From the NCBI RefSeq assembly GCF_036321535.1, contig NC_087436.1:23500001-23564000 (forward strand): a stretch of DNA of 64,000 nt, in the 5' to 3' direction. The notes beneath the pieces are model-generated. The model was not told the DNA's origin. It saw only the letters and a list, made by a program, of their open reading frames with translations, and made no database searches. This document shows positions 51,746 through 64,000 of this stretch, in pieces. Both the position numbers and the translations under genes were made by a program. The DNA is from Camelus dromedarius. Taxonomy: Eukaryota. Numbering within the stretch: position 1 is the stretch's first letter; every line of letters starts with the position of its first letter.

Positions 51746-52139
51746 TTATTCCGATCTTAGCATAGATATCTCTATTAGATAAACCATTTTTAGCAGATAA
51801 TACGAGGAAGTATTTTTGTCCTGCCCCCACCACCGTGAAGGTAATTAAGCTAAATCGTCAATTACGATGTGCATCTAGAAAGTGACATTCGTTTCACACT
51901 GTGGATGTCACAGCAGCAAGCCACTGCCCCAAGACTCGTTCCTCTACTTACCAGCAGTGGTCACGTGCAATCAGTCCTGTGGGGAAGGGTCCCAGCCAGG
52001 CTGCAGGTTGGAGCAGGACCACGTGAGGCATACACCCACCTGCTACAACCAGTTCCATTTGGGGATACTTTTGGAAGGCCATGGAGAGTTACTTGCCACC
52101 TACCCACACATCTGCCAAATTTCTCCTCAAGTACTATCG

Positions 52140-52465
52140 TGAAAGGTTCATTCCTTTTGTTTAAGAGCTTGTCAGTGGCAAACACACAAGTCAAGCTAAG
52201 GTTTTTAAGGAATGGAAACATCTTGGCTTATGTACCTTGGAAGTTTAAGAAGGTGACTGACTTCGAGTGTGTCTGGAGCACATGTCCAGCTACTAAACCA
52301 GTAACTCTGGCTGGAACAGGCAGAAATTTCATTGGTTAGATTTCATAACCCTTTCCCTGGAGCAGTCCTACCTAAACTACATGGACACAGAGTGAGTCTG
52401 GAGAGGCTTGCCAAAATAAGATGATTGGTTTCTGGGCAGACAAATGCAATAGATGTTGCCTACAA
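52140..52465 (-). mobile_element. MLT1J/K-like MaLR LTR (diverged)
   Basis: cagtggcaaa...ggaaacatcttggcttatgta...tgggcagacaaa...agatgttgcctaca. Confidence 0.5.
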
Positions 52466-52524
52466 GCGACTACAGAACAGAAACTACTGTGGGAGTGTCA
52501 ACACATGAATCCAGGCCGTCAGCT

Positions 52525-53130
52525 TGTTCATCAGTCAGGGACCAGTTAGGAGATGGAAACTCCCTAGTTATTTTAACGGGGAGAATTTAATAGAAGGAAT
52601 TCATAACTAGGTACAAAGTTGTTAACAAGGTAGCTAAAAGTGTTAAAAAGAAGATATTAAGATACTCGGGCTGGCAAAGGGAAGGGAAGAGGGTGGGACT
52701 ATTAAAATCTAGAAGCTTGGAGATGCCCTATGGACCTACAACTCACTTCTGGAGAGGGGTGATGCTTGGCTGGTATTGGTGACTAGGGATGCACAATGTG
52801 GCTGGTTCTGTAGGTTTTGAACAAACTGAATCCTGGATTCACTCACTGCTGTGGGAAAGAACTGCTTCTGCCAAGTGAAGAAATGTGGCTGGGGCTGCTC
52901 GCAGCAGTGGCATTCAGACATCAAGCCAATAGGGAGCAAATGGAAAGGAGTGAGTCCCTTTTCCTCCTCCAGCCTTACAGTCTCCCTCTAATGCTCACAG
53001 AGCCTAATATGGAGCTGCTGCCAAAGGAGAATCATGGTTTGCAGAATCCAAGTCCAGCATCATAAAGGCAAGAAGATAAGGGCAGGTGTGGAGCTGAGAG
53101 ACTGACTTCTTAACCGGGAGTAATCACACT
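52525..53130 (-). mobile_element. ERVL-class LTR (LTR41/LTR40-like)
   Basis: tcagtcagggaccagttaggagatggaaac...gagaatttaatagaaggaatt; gagtcccttttcctcctccagcctt...gagcctaa. Confidence 0.6.
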
Positions 53131-53692
53131 TTAGAGTGCAATGGTTGCTTCCTTCAAGATTAGCAGACAGTAAGTGTACTAGAGACATGGAAGTTTGGAT
53201 GGCACTGAGTAATGCTTGGAGATATAAATCATGATCCTCTCCTCCTTCAAGTTTCCTTATTCCTTGGGCAGAGCAGACATGGTGTCAGAAGGACTATAGT
53301 AACTGTGACCAGAAAACAAAGGGACGACATCCCCCAGGAAAGCATTTAATTAACTTGAGTTATTCTTTCAGGTATCCATGTGACAAGTGGGTCGAGCTTT
53401 TCCTTTTCTCTCTAGGCTGTAGGCAGTCAAGGTGTTGGTAGTTACTGAGCCATGATGATCAAAGTTCAGCTGAAACTTTCTGATGACTAAGCATAAACAA
53501 TCTTGCCAGAGGAAGGAGCTGGTGTGTTTACACAAAATGTTTGTCCTTTTCCTAAAGTAAGATTCTCCTCTTGGTCAAAATTTTTCATTAACTCTGTCAC
53601 CTGAGATTAGCTCTTGAAACCCTGAAATTTCAGACAAACTGAATTTCTCTAGTTATTCCAACCATACTAGTATGACTACTTTGGTCAAAGCA

Positions 53693-53697
<5 letters not shown>

Positions 53698-53726
<29 letters not shown>
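53698..53726. repeat. (TG)n microsatellite
   Basis: Direct read. Confidence 0.95.
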
Positions 53727-53727
<1 letters not shown>

Positions 53728-54119
53728 ATGCACGTGTATGACTTAAGTCCAGATAGAAAATACATATTCTGTGTAAGCAATAAATGTCAGAACATCAAGT
53801 ACAATTTGCTGAACTTTAGCAGAACAGTTATTAAGCTATACAACCCTTTCCTTTGCTCCAGCAAATTGTGAAGACTCAACTTTTCAAAAAAGGAGAAAAG
53901 TTGAAGAACACTATGAAACCATGAATCCATTTTTGATTTATTGTTAGCAAAAGGCTGTCATCAAAACAAAGTTTATGCCTATTAATAAATGAGCCATAAA
54001 TAACAATGGTTCCCAATACAAATACACTTCCAAGGGCAAAAAATTACGAAGAAAGGAATCTGTCCCCATAAGTGACTTTGAGCCTAATAAAAATTGTAAA
54101 AATACTCTAACTTATTTCA

Positions 54120-54320
54120 ACTAAATGCTTTATAGTTTTCAAAATGCTTTCACATCTATCTCCCCATTCAGTCCTCACAGGAACTGTGTGAGGTGGATAA
54201 GACTTATCATTCAATTTTACAGATTGCAAAAACAAAAAACAATGGAGGCTCAGAGAGGCTGAAGCAATTTGTTTAAGTGGTAAATTGTGGAGCTGGGTCA
54301 CAAACAAGGTTTTCTAAATT
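54120..54320 (-). mobile_element. MIR SINE
   Basis: atgctttcacatctatctccccattcagtcctcacag...attttacagat...ggaggctcagagaggctgaagcaatttg. Confidence 0.85.
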
Positions 54321-54529
54321 GCACATTGGCCCTCTTTTTATTTCTGCTTCTTTAACTAACTCTATGGTCAGATTTCAAAAATATGTAGTAAAAATATGTA
54401 TAAAAGGAAATGATCATAGCCTAAAATTTCCTACATGTATAAAGTAGTAAGATCTATCCCATTAGATAGTACTGCATCTAACACATAACTCCCTGGTAAT
54501 TGGGAAGCAAGATTTGGAATTTGAGAAGA

Positions 54530-54730
54530 AGAATAGCTAACATTTATTGTTACTACTTGTGAAACTCTCTTCCTTATGCAACACCTAAAACTACTAATAC
54601 TACTGAGGTATGTATTTCTTTTAGCCTCATTTTACAGATGAATAGACAGAGGCTGAGATAACTCTCCAAAGTCATTTAACCAGTAAGTTGAGGAGCAAGA
54701 ATCAAATCAAGGTCTGTCTGGTCCAAAACC
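54530..54730 (-). mobile_element. MIR SINE
   Basis: aatagctaacatttatt...cctcattttacagatgaatagacagaggct. Confidence 0.8.
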
Positions 54731-57009
54731 CACCCACGCTGGTCCCTGCTCTTCCATACAAGCTCAGCTGCCCCAGTAAGAAACGCTAATCCATCCTGTT
54801 CTCCCAGACCTGCCCAAACACAGAGTCTCTAAATAAAGAGGACAAAGCCACAGCCTAACAAACTGCTAATACAGCCTCACCTGCAAAAGACATGAATTTC
54901 AGCTTTGATTTGCTGAGTCATCTTGGTTAAGACCCTCCTTCCCATCCCTCCTCTCTTAGCAGGAAATGACAATATCAGGGCTGTCTTCATGGCCATTTGC
55001 CTCTGGTTTATCTCCACGAGAGCTTGCCACCACAAGGACAGACCATGGACCAGAAAAATGGGCGTTTCCCCTTACTTTATTTCATATCCTAGAATGAGAG
55101 ATGTCGGCTCGACTCCAGTTATTACCTAATTGGCAATAGTGGATCGTATTTTTTATATTGTAGGCCTGGAGGCGGGCAACAGAATTTAATGCTGGTGTAA
55201 GTAGTAGTGTTTTTTGAAACATTCAGGCACAATACAACATATTTCCCAACAAATAGTTCTTGCTAGCTTTGTGTCATGTTCAAAACATACCAGAGGCATT
55301 AATCCATATTATGGACTTGGAGCTTTCTTTTTTCTGCTTAAAGTCTAACTTATTTTCAAATTATAAAACTTACAAGTGCCCCAAACCACAAAACTTTTTT
55401 TTGGCACTCATAACCAAAAAAGAGCTGAATTTTGTTTTCCCTAAGATTTTTATAAGGAATTTGCTCTTAGGCTGATGCTTGTGAACTTGAGCTATTTTTT
55501 TTTTTTTTTTTCCTGACCAACTTTTAATTTACTGAAAATTGGGGCTTATGACATGGAGAAGGCACTAACAAATCCTAATCTGGGCTAATGAGCTGGATGG
55601 GTAAATGAATAGGTGGCTACCACCAAAAGATAATAATGGCCACGAGAGTTTTTTCCCCTCTCAATTAAGTATAGATGTGATTATCTGACCATGCTGCAAT
55701 ATTCGTTTAGTAATTGTGCTAGACTAACAGTCTAAATTTATTTTATGTAATAGTCTTTTTAATAACAATGTCTATTAAAGACATCTGGTGAAAGTCTGTA
55801 ATGCTTATTTCATGGATAGCCAGCGTAAGTGTGTGCTTCAAGAATTCTGTTTTCAGTTTAATGTTATGGGCTGTTAAGGAGAAGGTTTATGGGTGTAACA
55901 TTATTAGTTGGAATTTGACTCAAATTGAAATCAGGCCCAAGAATTTACTTCTCCATAATATTATGAAAGGCTTTTAAAAATATTAAAAAGTTTAACTAAA
56001 CAAGAATATTAGTGTAATTTAATGTTTTACCTGCAGTTTTCAAGGCCATTCAAAACACTTCCCAATCACCAGGTTTCAAATTCATATGTTAGCCTGCCTC
56101 TCATGCTACAAGGCTTTTAAAAATCAGAGGTTTATGACATCAGGTCAATGTTTTAACCACAAGAGGTAAAGAGATCTGTGTTTGCTGAATTGCTTGACTG
56201 TAGATGAAAAAGAAAAAAATCCTATATGCCACGGACCCTTTGCTAGGGTCTGAGATGCTAGCTGAGCCACGGGGGTGGTGGTGGAACAGACAGGCCCAGG
56301 GTCCCCGGCCCAGGCTTGGCCTGGACAGAAGCCACCACGTTGACACCACTGCCAATTTGAAATGAATCACCCTACCCATTGGCTAGGCTTAGCGTCCCTG
56401 TAATTTCATTTTAAAACCTCAATGATCAAGATGAAAAGAAAGCAATAAAACATATCAAAGTTTTCCTCGTGCAGTTTGAAGCGCCCCCTGTTCTCCGTAT
56501 CTGTGGCCTTGCCACTTCTTTTGGCATTGCTATTAGTGATGCAAGGAGTAATCCACCACTGTCAGGGAACTTGGCTGTTTCATCACCTACATGAGAGACC
56601 TGCATAACTCCATGGTGACTGCTGGCTAGATGAATTATGTGGCTCCTTCGTGCACTTTTTGATTGAGCAGTGATAACCCAGATAATGCATTATCCTGTGC
56701 CCCTCTCTGCCCTGAGAAAAACTTGCTCTTTTTTCTTACAGGGCAGTGAAAGAACAACCTCACTGAGACAGTTTAAGTGACATCACCATGCCAATCCCAA
56801 CTTATTACAGTCAGGAAGAAGCAATTGCTGGGCCAGATTAAATACAGGAAAGGAAAATATCAGTGACAGCTCTTTCAACTGTTTAGAACTGGTGATAATT
56901 GTTCATCAAGCTCTTAGAAAAGAGTAGGTGAAGCAATGCCCAAAATATAGCTGCTGAAATTTATTTTATTATCTCATATTCATACTTGCCAGGGAATCCA
57001 CTGGCTTTG

Positions 57010-57500
57010 CCATTTATCCATTCATCCATCCATTCACCATTTATTCATTCAACATATAATGTGGCATGCTCATTAAATGCCTGAGCTAAGCACTAGTAAT
57101 TCAGCAGTAAGCCAAACTGATGGGTGTTGCTCTTCAAGGGTTTATTGTCTATTGGGAAGACAGAAATTAAGTATTTACAAGTGTGATGAGTATTAAGAAG
57201 GACATATGCAGGACACTTTGGAAGCATGTCACAGGAGAATCTAATCTCATCAGAGGAGACAGAAAGACTTCCTAAAAGAAATGATGCTTAAACTGAGACC
57301 TAAAGGATGAGAGACTGGGGAGAGAGCCCCTCTGGTGGAGGAATAGCAGATGCAAAGTACCTGAGGCAGGCAGGAAATGCAGGACAACCATGAGAACCTG
57401 GAGATACAGTGACATCCATGATGAGTGGGGCATGGGAGGGGGAAACTGGTACAAGATGTATCACATCCTGATGGCCCATCCTGACCCATGAACAACAAAG
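57010..57500 (-). mobile_element. L2 3' portion
   Basis: (TCCA/TTCA)n tail, then gacttcctaaaagaaatgatgcttaaactgagacctaaaggatgag...gcaaagtacctgaggcagg. Confidence 0.85.
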
Positions 57501-57718
57501 GAAAAAGGAATTATGTCAATAAGATTTTATTAGAATATGATTCTAGAGGCATGGAGAATCTTAAACATTTTTTATTATGTATATCATATATACTGAGTGT
57601 GTGTAGATTATAAAATATGTATATATGTACTATACTGTGTCTGTGTGTATATACATATAGGTACTGCCACATGTAGTTTAAATAACTATATTCTTATATA
57701 TTTTTTGAGACAATGGGT

Positions 57719-59029
57719 ATTTTTTTTTATTTACAATGTTGTGTTAGTTTCTGGTATATAGCATAGTGATTCAGTTATACATATAAATTCTTTTTCATAT
57801 TCTTTTTCATTATAGATTATTACAAGATATTGAATATAGTTCCCTGTACTATACCATAGGACCTTGTTGTTTATCTATTTTATATATAGTAGTTAGTATC
57901 TGCAAATTTTGAACTCCTAGTTTATTCCTCCCTCCCTTCCCCTTTGGTAACCATAAGTTTGTTTACTATGTCTGTGAGTCTCTTTCTGTTTTGTAAATAA
58001 GTTCATTTGTGTCATTTTTTTTAGATTCCACATACAAGTGACAATATATATATTTGTCTTTCTCTGTCTAACTTACTTTACTTAGTGTGATAATCTCTGG
58101 GTCCATCCACGTTGCTGCAAATGGCATTATTTCATTCTTTTCTATGGTTGGGTAGTATTGCATTGTGTATGTGTGTATGTATATGCCACACCTTTATTCA
58201 TCTGTCGATGGACATTTAGGCTGCTTCCATGTCTTGGCTATTTGTAAATAGTGCTGCTGTTTTGGGGTGTGTGCATCTTTTTGAATTAGAGTTCTTTTCC
58301 AGGTATATGCCGTGAGAGGGATTGCTGGACCACATGGCAACTGTCTTTTCTCCCTCGTATATTATTGCCTCCTTTGTCAAAGATTAATTGACCGTAGGTG
58401 TGTGGGTTCTTATTACAGTGTTGTGTTAGTTTCTGGTGTACAGCAAAGTGATTCAGTTATACGTATAATTCTTTTTCATTGAAAGTTACTACAAGCTACT
58501 GAATATAGTTCCCTGTGCTGTAGGTCTTCTGCCCATTTTTTGATTGAGATGTTTTGTTTTTTGTTTTTGAGTTGTGTGAGCTGTTTGTGTATTCCGGAAG
58601 TTAGGCCCTTGTCAGTCGCATGGTTTGCAAATATTTTCTCCCAGTCCATAGGCTGTCCTTTCATTTTGTTTATAGTTTCCTTTGCTGTGCAGAAGCTTAT
58701 AAGTTCAATTAGGTCCCATTTGTTTACTTTTGCTTTTATTTCTATTGCCTTGGTAGACTGACCTAGGAAAAAAACATTGCTACAATTTGTCAGAGAATGT
58801 TTTACCTGTGTTCTCTTCTAGGAGATTTATGGTGTCCTGTCTTATGTTTAAGTCTCTAAGCCATTTTGAGTTTATTTTTGCGTGTGGTGTGAGGGAGTGT
58901 TCTAACTTCATCGATTTACATGCTGCTGTCCAGCTTTCCCATCACCACTTGCTAAAGAGACTGCCTTTCCTCCATTGTATATTCTTGCCTCCTTTGTCAA
59001 AGATTAATTGATCATAGATGTGTGAGTTT
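57719..59029 (-). mobile_element. Composite L1: two internally deleted copies head-to-tail, inserted in an older L1M-type fragment
   Basis: Two 3'UTR starts (57719, about 58409) and two copies of the same terminal ORF2 segment; ORF 58476-58664 MKGQPMDWEKIFANHATDKGL..IHKQL..IKKWAEDL is L1 ORF2p. Confidence 0.9.
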
Positions 59030-59059
59030 TAATTAAACTATTCTTAAACTATTATTATT

Positions 59060-59340
59060 TAAAATATAGTTTAAATGAAAATAAAAAATGATCATACTTG
59101 TACCCACCACTCAGGTTAAGAACACATCTCTGTAACTTTTAAAACACCCTTTATGCCCTCATATTCCTTCTCCTTCATTTCTGATTGTAATTTTACTACG
59201 TAAGTGCATATGTGTGCTTCCCTGAATTTTATATAAGTGCAATTATATTCTGTGTATTAAGACTTTCTTTCTTGCACAAAATACATTGCGATTCATCCAT
59301 GTTGATGTTTAAACATTTCCTTTTCATGGCAGAACAGAAC
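59060..59340 (-). mobile_element. Old L1 (L1MD/ME-type) 3' fragment
   Basis: cttgtacccaccactcaggttaaga...gattcatccatgttg. Confidence 0.55.
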
Positions 59341-59529
59341 TTCGATTTACAGCTCAACTTCAGTGCATGGTGAGTGAGGCAAATAGTACAAAGTTTCAAA
59401 ATCTATAGTTAGTTCTCAGATTTCTTTTTATTCATTAGTATCTGTGAACTTCTTCACCCACTTTTATATGAAATAACAATGGAGCTGATAATGAGCAGTA
59501 AATTTGCCAAGTAATACTTGATACTTTCA

Positions 59530-59715
59530 AAAAGCTTTGTAATTTATGCCATGCAAGCATACCGTTGCATTTAATCCCTCACCGCAACTGTAGGAGGTAG
59601 GCATGCCCCAAATTTCTAGTTTGACAAGCGAGGGAATTGAGGTCTAGAGAGAAAAGGTGACTTGATGAGGGGCCTTTATGTGGCAGAGAGGTACAAAATC
59701 CTGTCAGAACTGGGC
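59530..59715 (-). mobile_element. MIR SINE (diverged)
   Basis: catttaatccctcaccgcaactgtaggaggtagg...gaattgaggtctagagag..aggtgacttg. Confidence 0.65.
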
Positions 59716-60270
59716 AATTGGAAGTGGCTTTAACACTGCAGTTACTTATGGAGCTCCCACCTACTTCCAAGGACTGTTACACATCTGTAGCATAAGCCTT
59801 GAGACCCACAGGAGTCCCATGGCATTTGAAGGGTTTAGATTCACTACTTGAATTACTCCAAAGAGACTTGGGGACACTTGACCTGTATTAATTTGCATTT
59901 TAGCTCAGACACATTTGATTAAAGTGAGCCGCAAGGTTGGAGAGTGGACACCCAGATACTTTAGCTATTAAATGAACCTGGTTAACTGCTCATCATCTGA
60001 GTCTGGCAGCAGGTTCACCATTCTCTCTCCACTCTCAAGCAAAGTTATGGGAGACGTTATACACTAACATGGTATTTGCTGATTTAGGCATTTACCAAGG
60101 TCTTGGGTATCCTTCTCAAATGCTAGGAGCCTGCTGCAGCCATCCATAACATTCTTCGAATGAAAAACACAGAATTCAATATACATATACATGTACATAT
60201 AACATACGAAAAAGATTGCAACGGACTACTCAAATATGAAAGGAATAGTATTTAGTTGGTATGATTAGAA

Positions 60271-60522
60271 CAGTGGTTCCTAGCTAGGGTTGCTTTTTGC
60301 CCCCTGGGGGCTTTTGACAAGACTTAGAAATATTTTTGATTGTTGCAACTGGTCAGAGGGAATCTGTGGGGTAGAGGCTAGGGGGAGGCAGAGGATGCTA
60401 CTGCATCTCCTGGGCAGAGGCTACAGATGTTGCTGATCCTCCTTCAGTGCCTAGGGCAGATCTCTGTAACAAAAAAGTTGTCCAGTGCAAAATGTCAATA
60501 GTGCCAAGGTTAAGAAACCCAG
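60271..60522 (+). mobile_element. MER20 (hAT-Charlie), full length
   Basis: cagtggttc...caaaatgtcaatagtgccaaggttaagaaacccag; perfect 8-bp TSD GATTAGAA (60263/60523). Confidence 0.92.
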
Positions 60523-60577
60523 GATTAGAATAATTATTTTCTCTATTGTTCCAGAATTTTATGACATTTTCATAATA

Positions 60578-60908
60578 CAGACATACCTCAGAGATATTGC
60601 AGGCTCAGTTCCAGACTACCACGATAAAATGAATATTGCAATAAAGCAACTCACACAATTTTTTTGGCTTCCCAGTGTATATAAAAGTTCTGTTTACACT
60701 ATATTGTAGTCTTATTAAGTGTGCAATAGCATTATGTCTAAAAACACAATATTTACACCTTACTTGAAAATACATTATTGCTAAAAAACGCTAACCGTCG
60801 TCTGAGCCTTCAGCGAGTCATAGGAGTAATATCAAAGATCGTTGATCGCAGATCACATAACAAATACAATTATAATGAAAAAATTTGAAATATAATGAGA
60901 ATAGCCTG
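60578..60908 (-). mobile_element. Tigger1 internal-deletion derivative
   Basis: cagacatacctcagagatattgcaggctcagttccagactacc...tctgagccttcagcgagtc; TA flanks. Confidence 0.9.
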
Positions 60909-62014
60909 TATATACATTATTACATAATGTCATTATATTTAGGGTTTTTTTCTTCCTCTAGTAAGTTTTGTCATCCTAAAACGAAACTATTATTATCCTT
61001 ACTTTCTGGAAAGTTTATTTTATGATTTAAGCCCTTTCATTAAGGGCTGATCAACTAAAAGCCAAATGGAACCCTCTGCATTTTTGGCAACTCTACTGTT
61101 GAGGACAAAGTTCACAACGGTACTTAATTCACCTTATGTAAATATGCTTTCAAAATACATTTTTCTTAGATCTCAGGACCAGAAACGGTTCATCTGTCTT
61201 GTTAAACTGCTATATATAGATATATACATATTTTTTTTTTACTTTTGGGTGATAAGTACAAAATTTTCTCTCTTTACCTTAGCTGCTAAGAAACTCAATG
61301 CTAAGTTTTCTCCTCCCATCTTCCTCATTGCTTCACCCTGTTCACTTTTGGATTCTTCCTGTCTTCTTAAGTCTTGTTCACTTTTCTATCTGCACCTAAC
61401 ATGGTACTTTTAGAATTCATTAATTAATTACTTAACTGAAAATGTCCCCCTCTCTCTATGTCCTCCCTCCCATTCACTCTTTGTGTTTTTCCCCCATAGA
61501 TTCTTTTTTTTAATCCCTCATGGTTTTTATTCCATATCTTATCTCTTTCATACTTTTAAATGTAGCTGATTTATTGTCTCCTTTGGGTTGTTATTTTATC
61601 TCATGTCCCTGTTCAGTGTTTCTGCTGACTCTTTTTTCAGAGCCTATTGCTACCTTTGTGTGATTTGTAATTTTTAGGTGTGAGTTTATCTTCCGTGGTG
61701 AGTATTGTTTGCTTTTTGTTGTAGGAATCCCATGCATCGTTGTTAGTTGAGGGACAAATATATACATATTCTTTTTGAAAGTTATTAGAGTAGTTTAAAA
61801 ATATACACATATGCCATATTTCATAGAAAAATTTAGTATAATAAAAGTATGAAAAATTACTTAAAATTTTTTATCACATCATCATATACATAATAATGGA
61901 ATGAACCTGGTATCATTTAGCTGGGCATTATTAAATAAAAAGCATGTGGAATGTTAAAATATGAAAGTTGAGTCTATGATTTTTTTAAAAAAATCCTGGC
62001 CTAGAAGAAATCAC

Positions 62015-62152
62015 TGGTCTTCATATTCCCGAGGCAACCATTCCAATGGCCACACTTAGATGCAAAGGGATTTGTAATCTCTGGCTGAGCAGATGCTTCT
62101 CTGCTTTGAGGGAAGTGTGAATTTCAGTGGTCAGCTCACCATATCTCCCACA
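62015..62152 (-). mobile_element. MLT1 LTR fragment
   Basis: atggccacacttagatgcaaaggga...tggtcagctcaccatatctcccaca. Confidence 0.55.
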
Positions 62153-62499
62153 GTGGGCCTAATCTCAATGTCAAGGCCATTCTTCCCTCTCTTACTTGTA
62201 TCCTCATGATTCATCCTTTAATATGCTATACTGTCTCCCCATCCTAGCCCTCACTCTACACTCATTGCTTTTCTAAAGATGGCATTGAGGGTTGGGAGAA
62301 AGATCTGTGTGCCCACCTGTATGCTAATGAAGTCAATCTTTCTCTAACCATGGAGAAAGAATGGTGACAAGCTCTGCTCTGTCCAAATAGAGCCACAAGA
62401 AAATTAATTGTATTAAGGCAAGGGCTCTGTCAGTCTTGTTTGCCATTGTATCATCAGTACCTGAAGAGTGCCACAAGGCAGAAGGCATTATCTAGTAAG

Positions 62500-64000
62500 A
62501 GCTAGCATTTTCCCTTCAGTGCTTCGTTCTCAGGGGCCACAAGGGCCCCTCTCAGGAGCTGCCCCACCTCCCCTCTGGTTGCCAAGCTCATAACTAGGGT
62601 TACATCCCAGCAGACCTGGCTAGGGATGTGCTGTGTCTGCCAAGGGAAGAAAGAGTTTATATACTGAAGGTGTTGCAAGAAATTAGGCAGCATGTACCAG
62701 CAGAAGCCAGGGGATACCCCTGGAATTGAATTTTGAGAGTGCTTGATCAATAGGGTCAAATGTAAGGCAAGATAAACACGAATTTATTGCCTTGGAGGCA
62801 TTTTCTCAGGACACTGGCTTAACACCCTAGCAAGGGCCCTGGGGAGCAGGGTGGTTCTTAGAAGCCTGGAGAAATTGCTGGATGATGCTGAGAAAAGTGC
62901 AAATGCCTGAGTTACCCTGGCAGATGGCAGAGGAAGGAATAAAAAGGCTGTGGGCAGTGGGCATGCTGGAATGGATGGATATGCTACATGAGTTCAGAAA
63001 AAACATCAGAAGATTATGTTGGGTTCGAGGGCCCAGAGGATACACTATTTATCAAGGCCGAGCTAGCTATTGTTGCCTATAAATGTCCAACCTGTCAGCA
63101 ACAGAGACCAATGCTGAGCCCCAACATGGAACTATGCCTCAAGGAGAACAGCAGGCCACTTGGTGGCATGTCAGCTACACTGGGACCCTCCTATCCCAGA
63201 AGAGCCGGCTCTCTATAATCCTAGGGTAACTTCCTGTTCTGCAGATGAGTTTACCTTTCCTTCACATAGAGCCTCATCTGGCACTAACAGAGAGCTTACA
63301 GGATGCCTAATCCTCAGACATTATATTCTACACAGCATGACCAGGGAACCCATTTCACAGCAAAAGAAGTATAAGAGTGGGCCCATGACCACAGGATCAA
63401 ATGGTCCTATCATGTCCTGAACCATCCAGTGTCATAGAACACCGGAGCGACCTTCTACTGTCACAGTGGAAGTGGCAGCTCAGAGGCAACACTGAAAAGA
63501 TAAGGTGCCACCCTTCAGGATGCGGTATATGCACTGGATTAGAGAAATACCTCTCTACAGTGCTGGGTCTCCAAGGAGAAGAATATATGGGTCCAGAAAC
63601 AAAGCACTGGAAGCAGGTGTGATTAACATCACTCCCAATGACCCACTCCAGCTCTGAGATCTTCAGATGTTCTAGTCCCCTTGCCAAGGGACGTATCAAG
63701 AGTCCATTGAACTTTAAGATGTGACAATGGCCAGGGCAATTTGGACCCTTAATGTCCAGGGACAAGCAGGTAAAAGGAAGACTCACCATAGTGGCAGGAG
63801 TGATAGACCCTGATCCTCAGGAGGAGGGAGAGCTGCTTTTAATCACAGGTCAAGGAGGAACATGAGTGGAGCTTAGGCACGCCTTTGGTGCTTCCTAGAA
63901 CTCCTTTGCCCCTTTGGAACTGAGACGGGGTGGTGCCAAGAGCTTAGAGCTTTAGGAATGAACATCTGGTCACATAAACAAGTAAGCCACCAAGGCTTGC
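62500..64000 (+). mobile_element. ERVL-class internal region: decayed gag, integrase and dUTPase; PR-RT-RH absent
   Basis: gag-like KVQMPELPWQMAEEGIKRLWAVGMLEW and EGPEDT; IN zinc-finger CPTCQQQRPMLSP; IN core DEFTFPSHRAS..LTGCLILRH; dUTPase VAGVIDPDPQEE at 63791. Confidence 0.88.

Noticed and set aside
51869..52339. 156-aa ORF
   Set aside because: GTG start, runs into an MLT1-like LTR, no recognisable protein features
60910..61760. Pyrimidine-rich stretch resembling an old L1/HAL1 fragment
   Set aside because: Too degenerate to assign by eye
1..64000. CRISPR arrays, operons, prokaryotic defence systems, tRNA/rRNA genes
   Set aside because: Sequence is clearly mammalian; I saw no regularly spaced direct repeats or structural RNA signatures

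Overview
This is a 64-kb mammalian genomic window, repeat-rich and apparently intergenic or intronic. I recognise no intact protein-coding gene, tRNA, rRNA or CRISPR array. The ORFs in the supplied track are chance ORFs, microsatellite read-throughs or decayed retroelement coding sequence. Ancient eutherian repeats are abundant: MIR, L2, MER3/5/20/53/94, Tigger, MLT1/LTR33/MER39-type LTRs, and ERVL internal fragments at both ends. There are also six loci with a younger L1 3' end of cetartiodactyl type. I saw no ruminant, pig or whale SINEs, so a camelid is the most likely source (inference). Non-repeat highlights: an orphan CpG island with a strong CTCF site (32.4-33.2 kb), a motif-dense repeat-poor block (44.4-47.7 kb), and weak hints of a spliced minus-strand transcript ending near 35.3 kb. 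Structural oddities: a head-to-tail L1 dimer with a shared 5' end and complementary deletions (57.7-59.0 kb), an ERVL with an in-frame gag-integrase junction lacking PR-RT-RH (63.05 kb), a MIR split by three later insertions (15.6-16.7 kb), and a 1.1-kb degenerate TG tract. All repeat names come from remembered consensus sequences, not from a database run. I found no convincing novel biological system.
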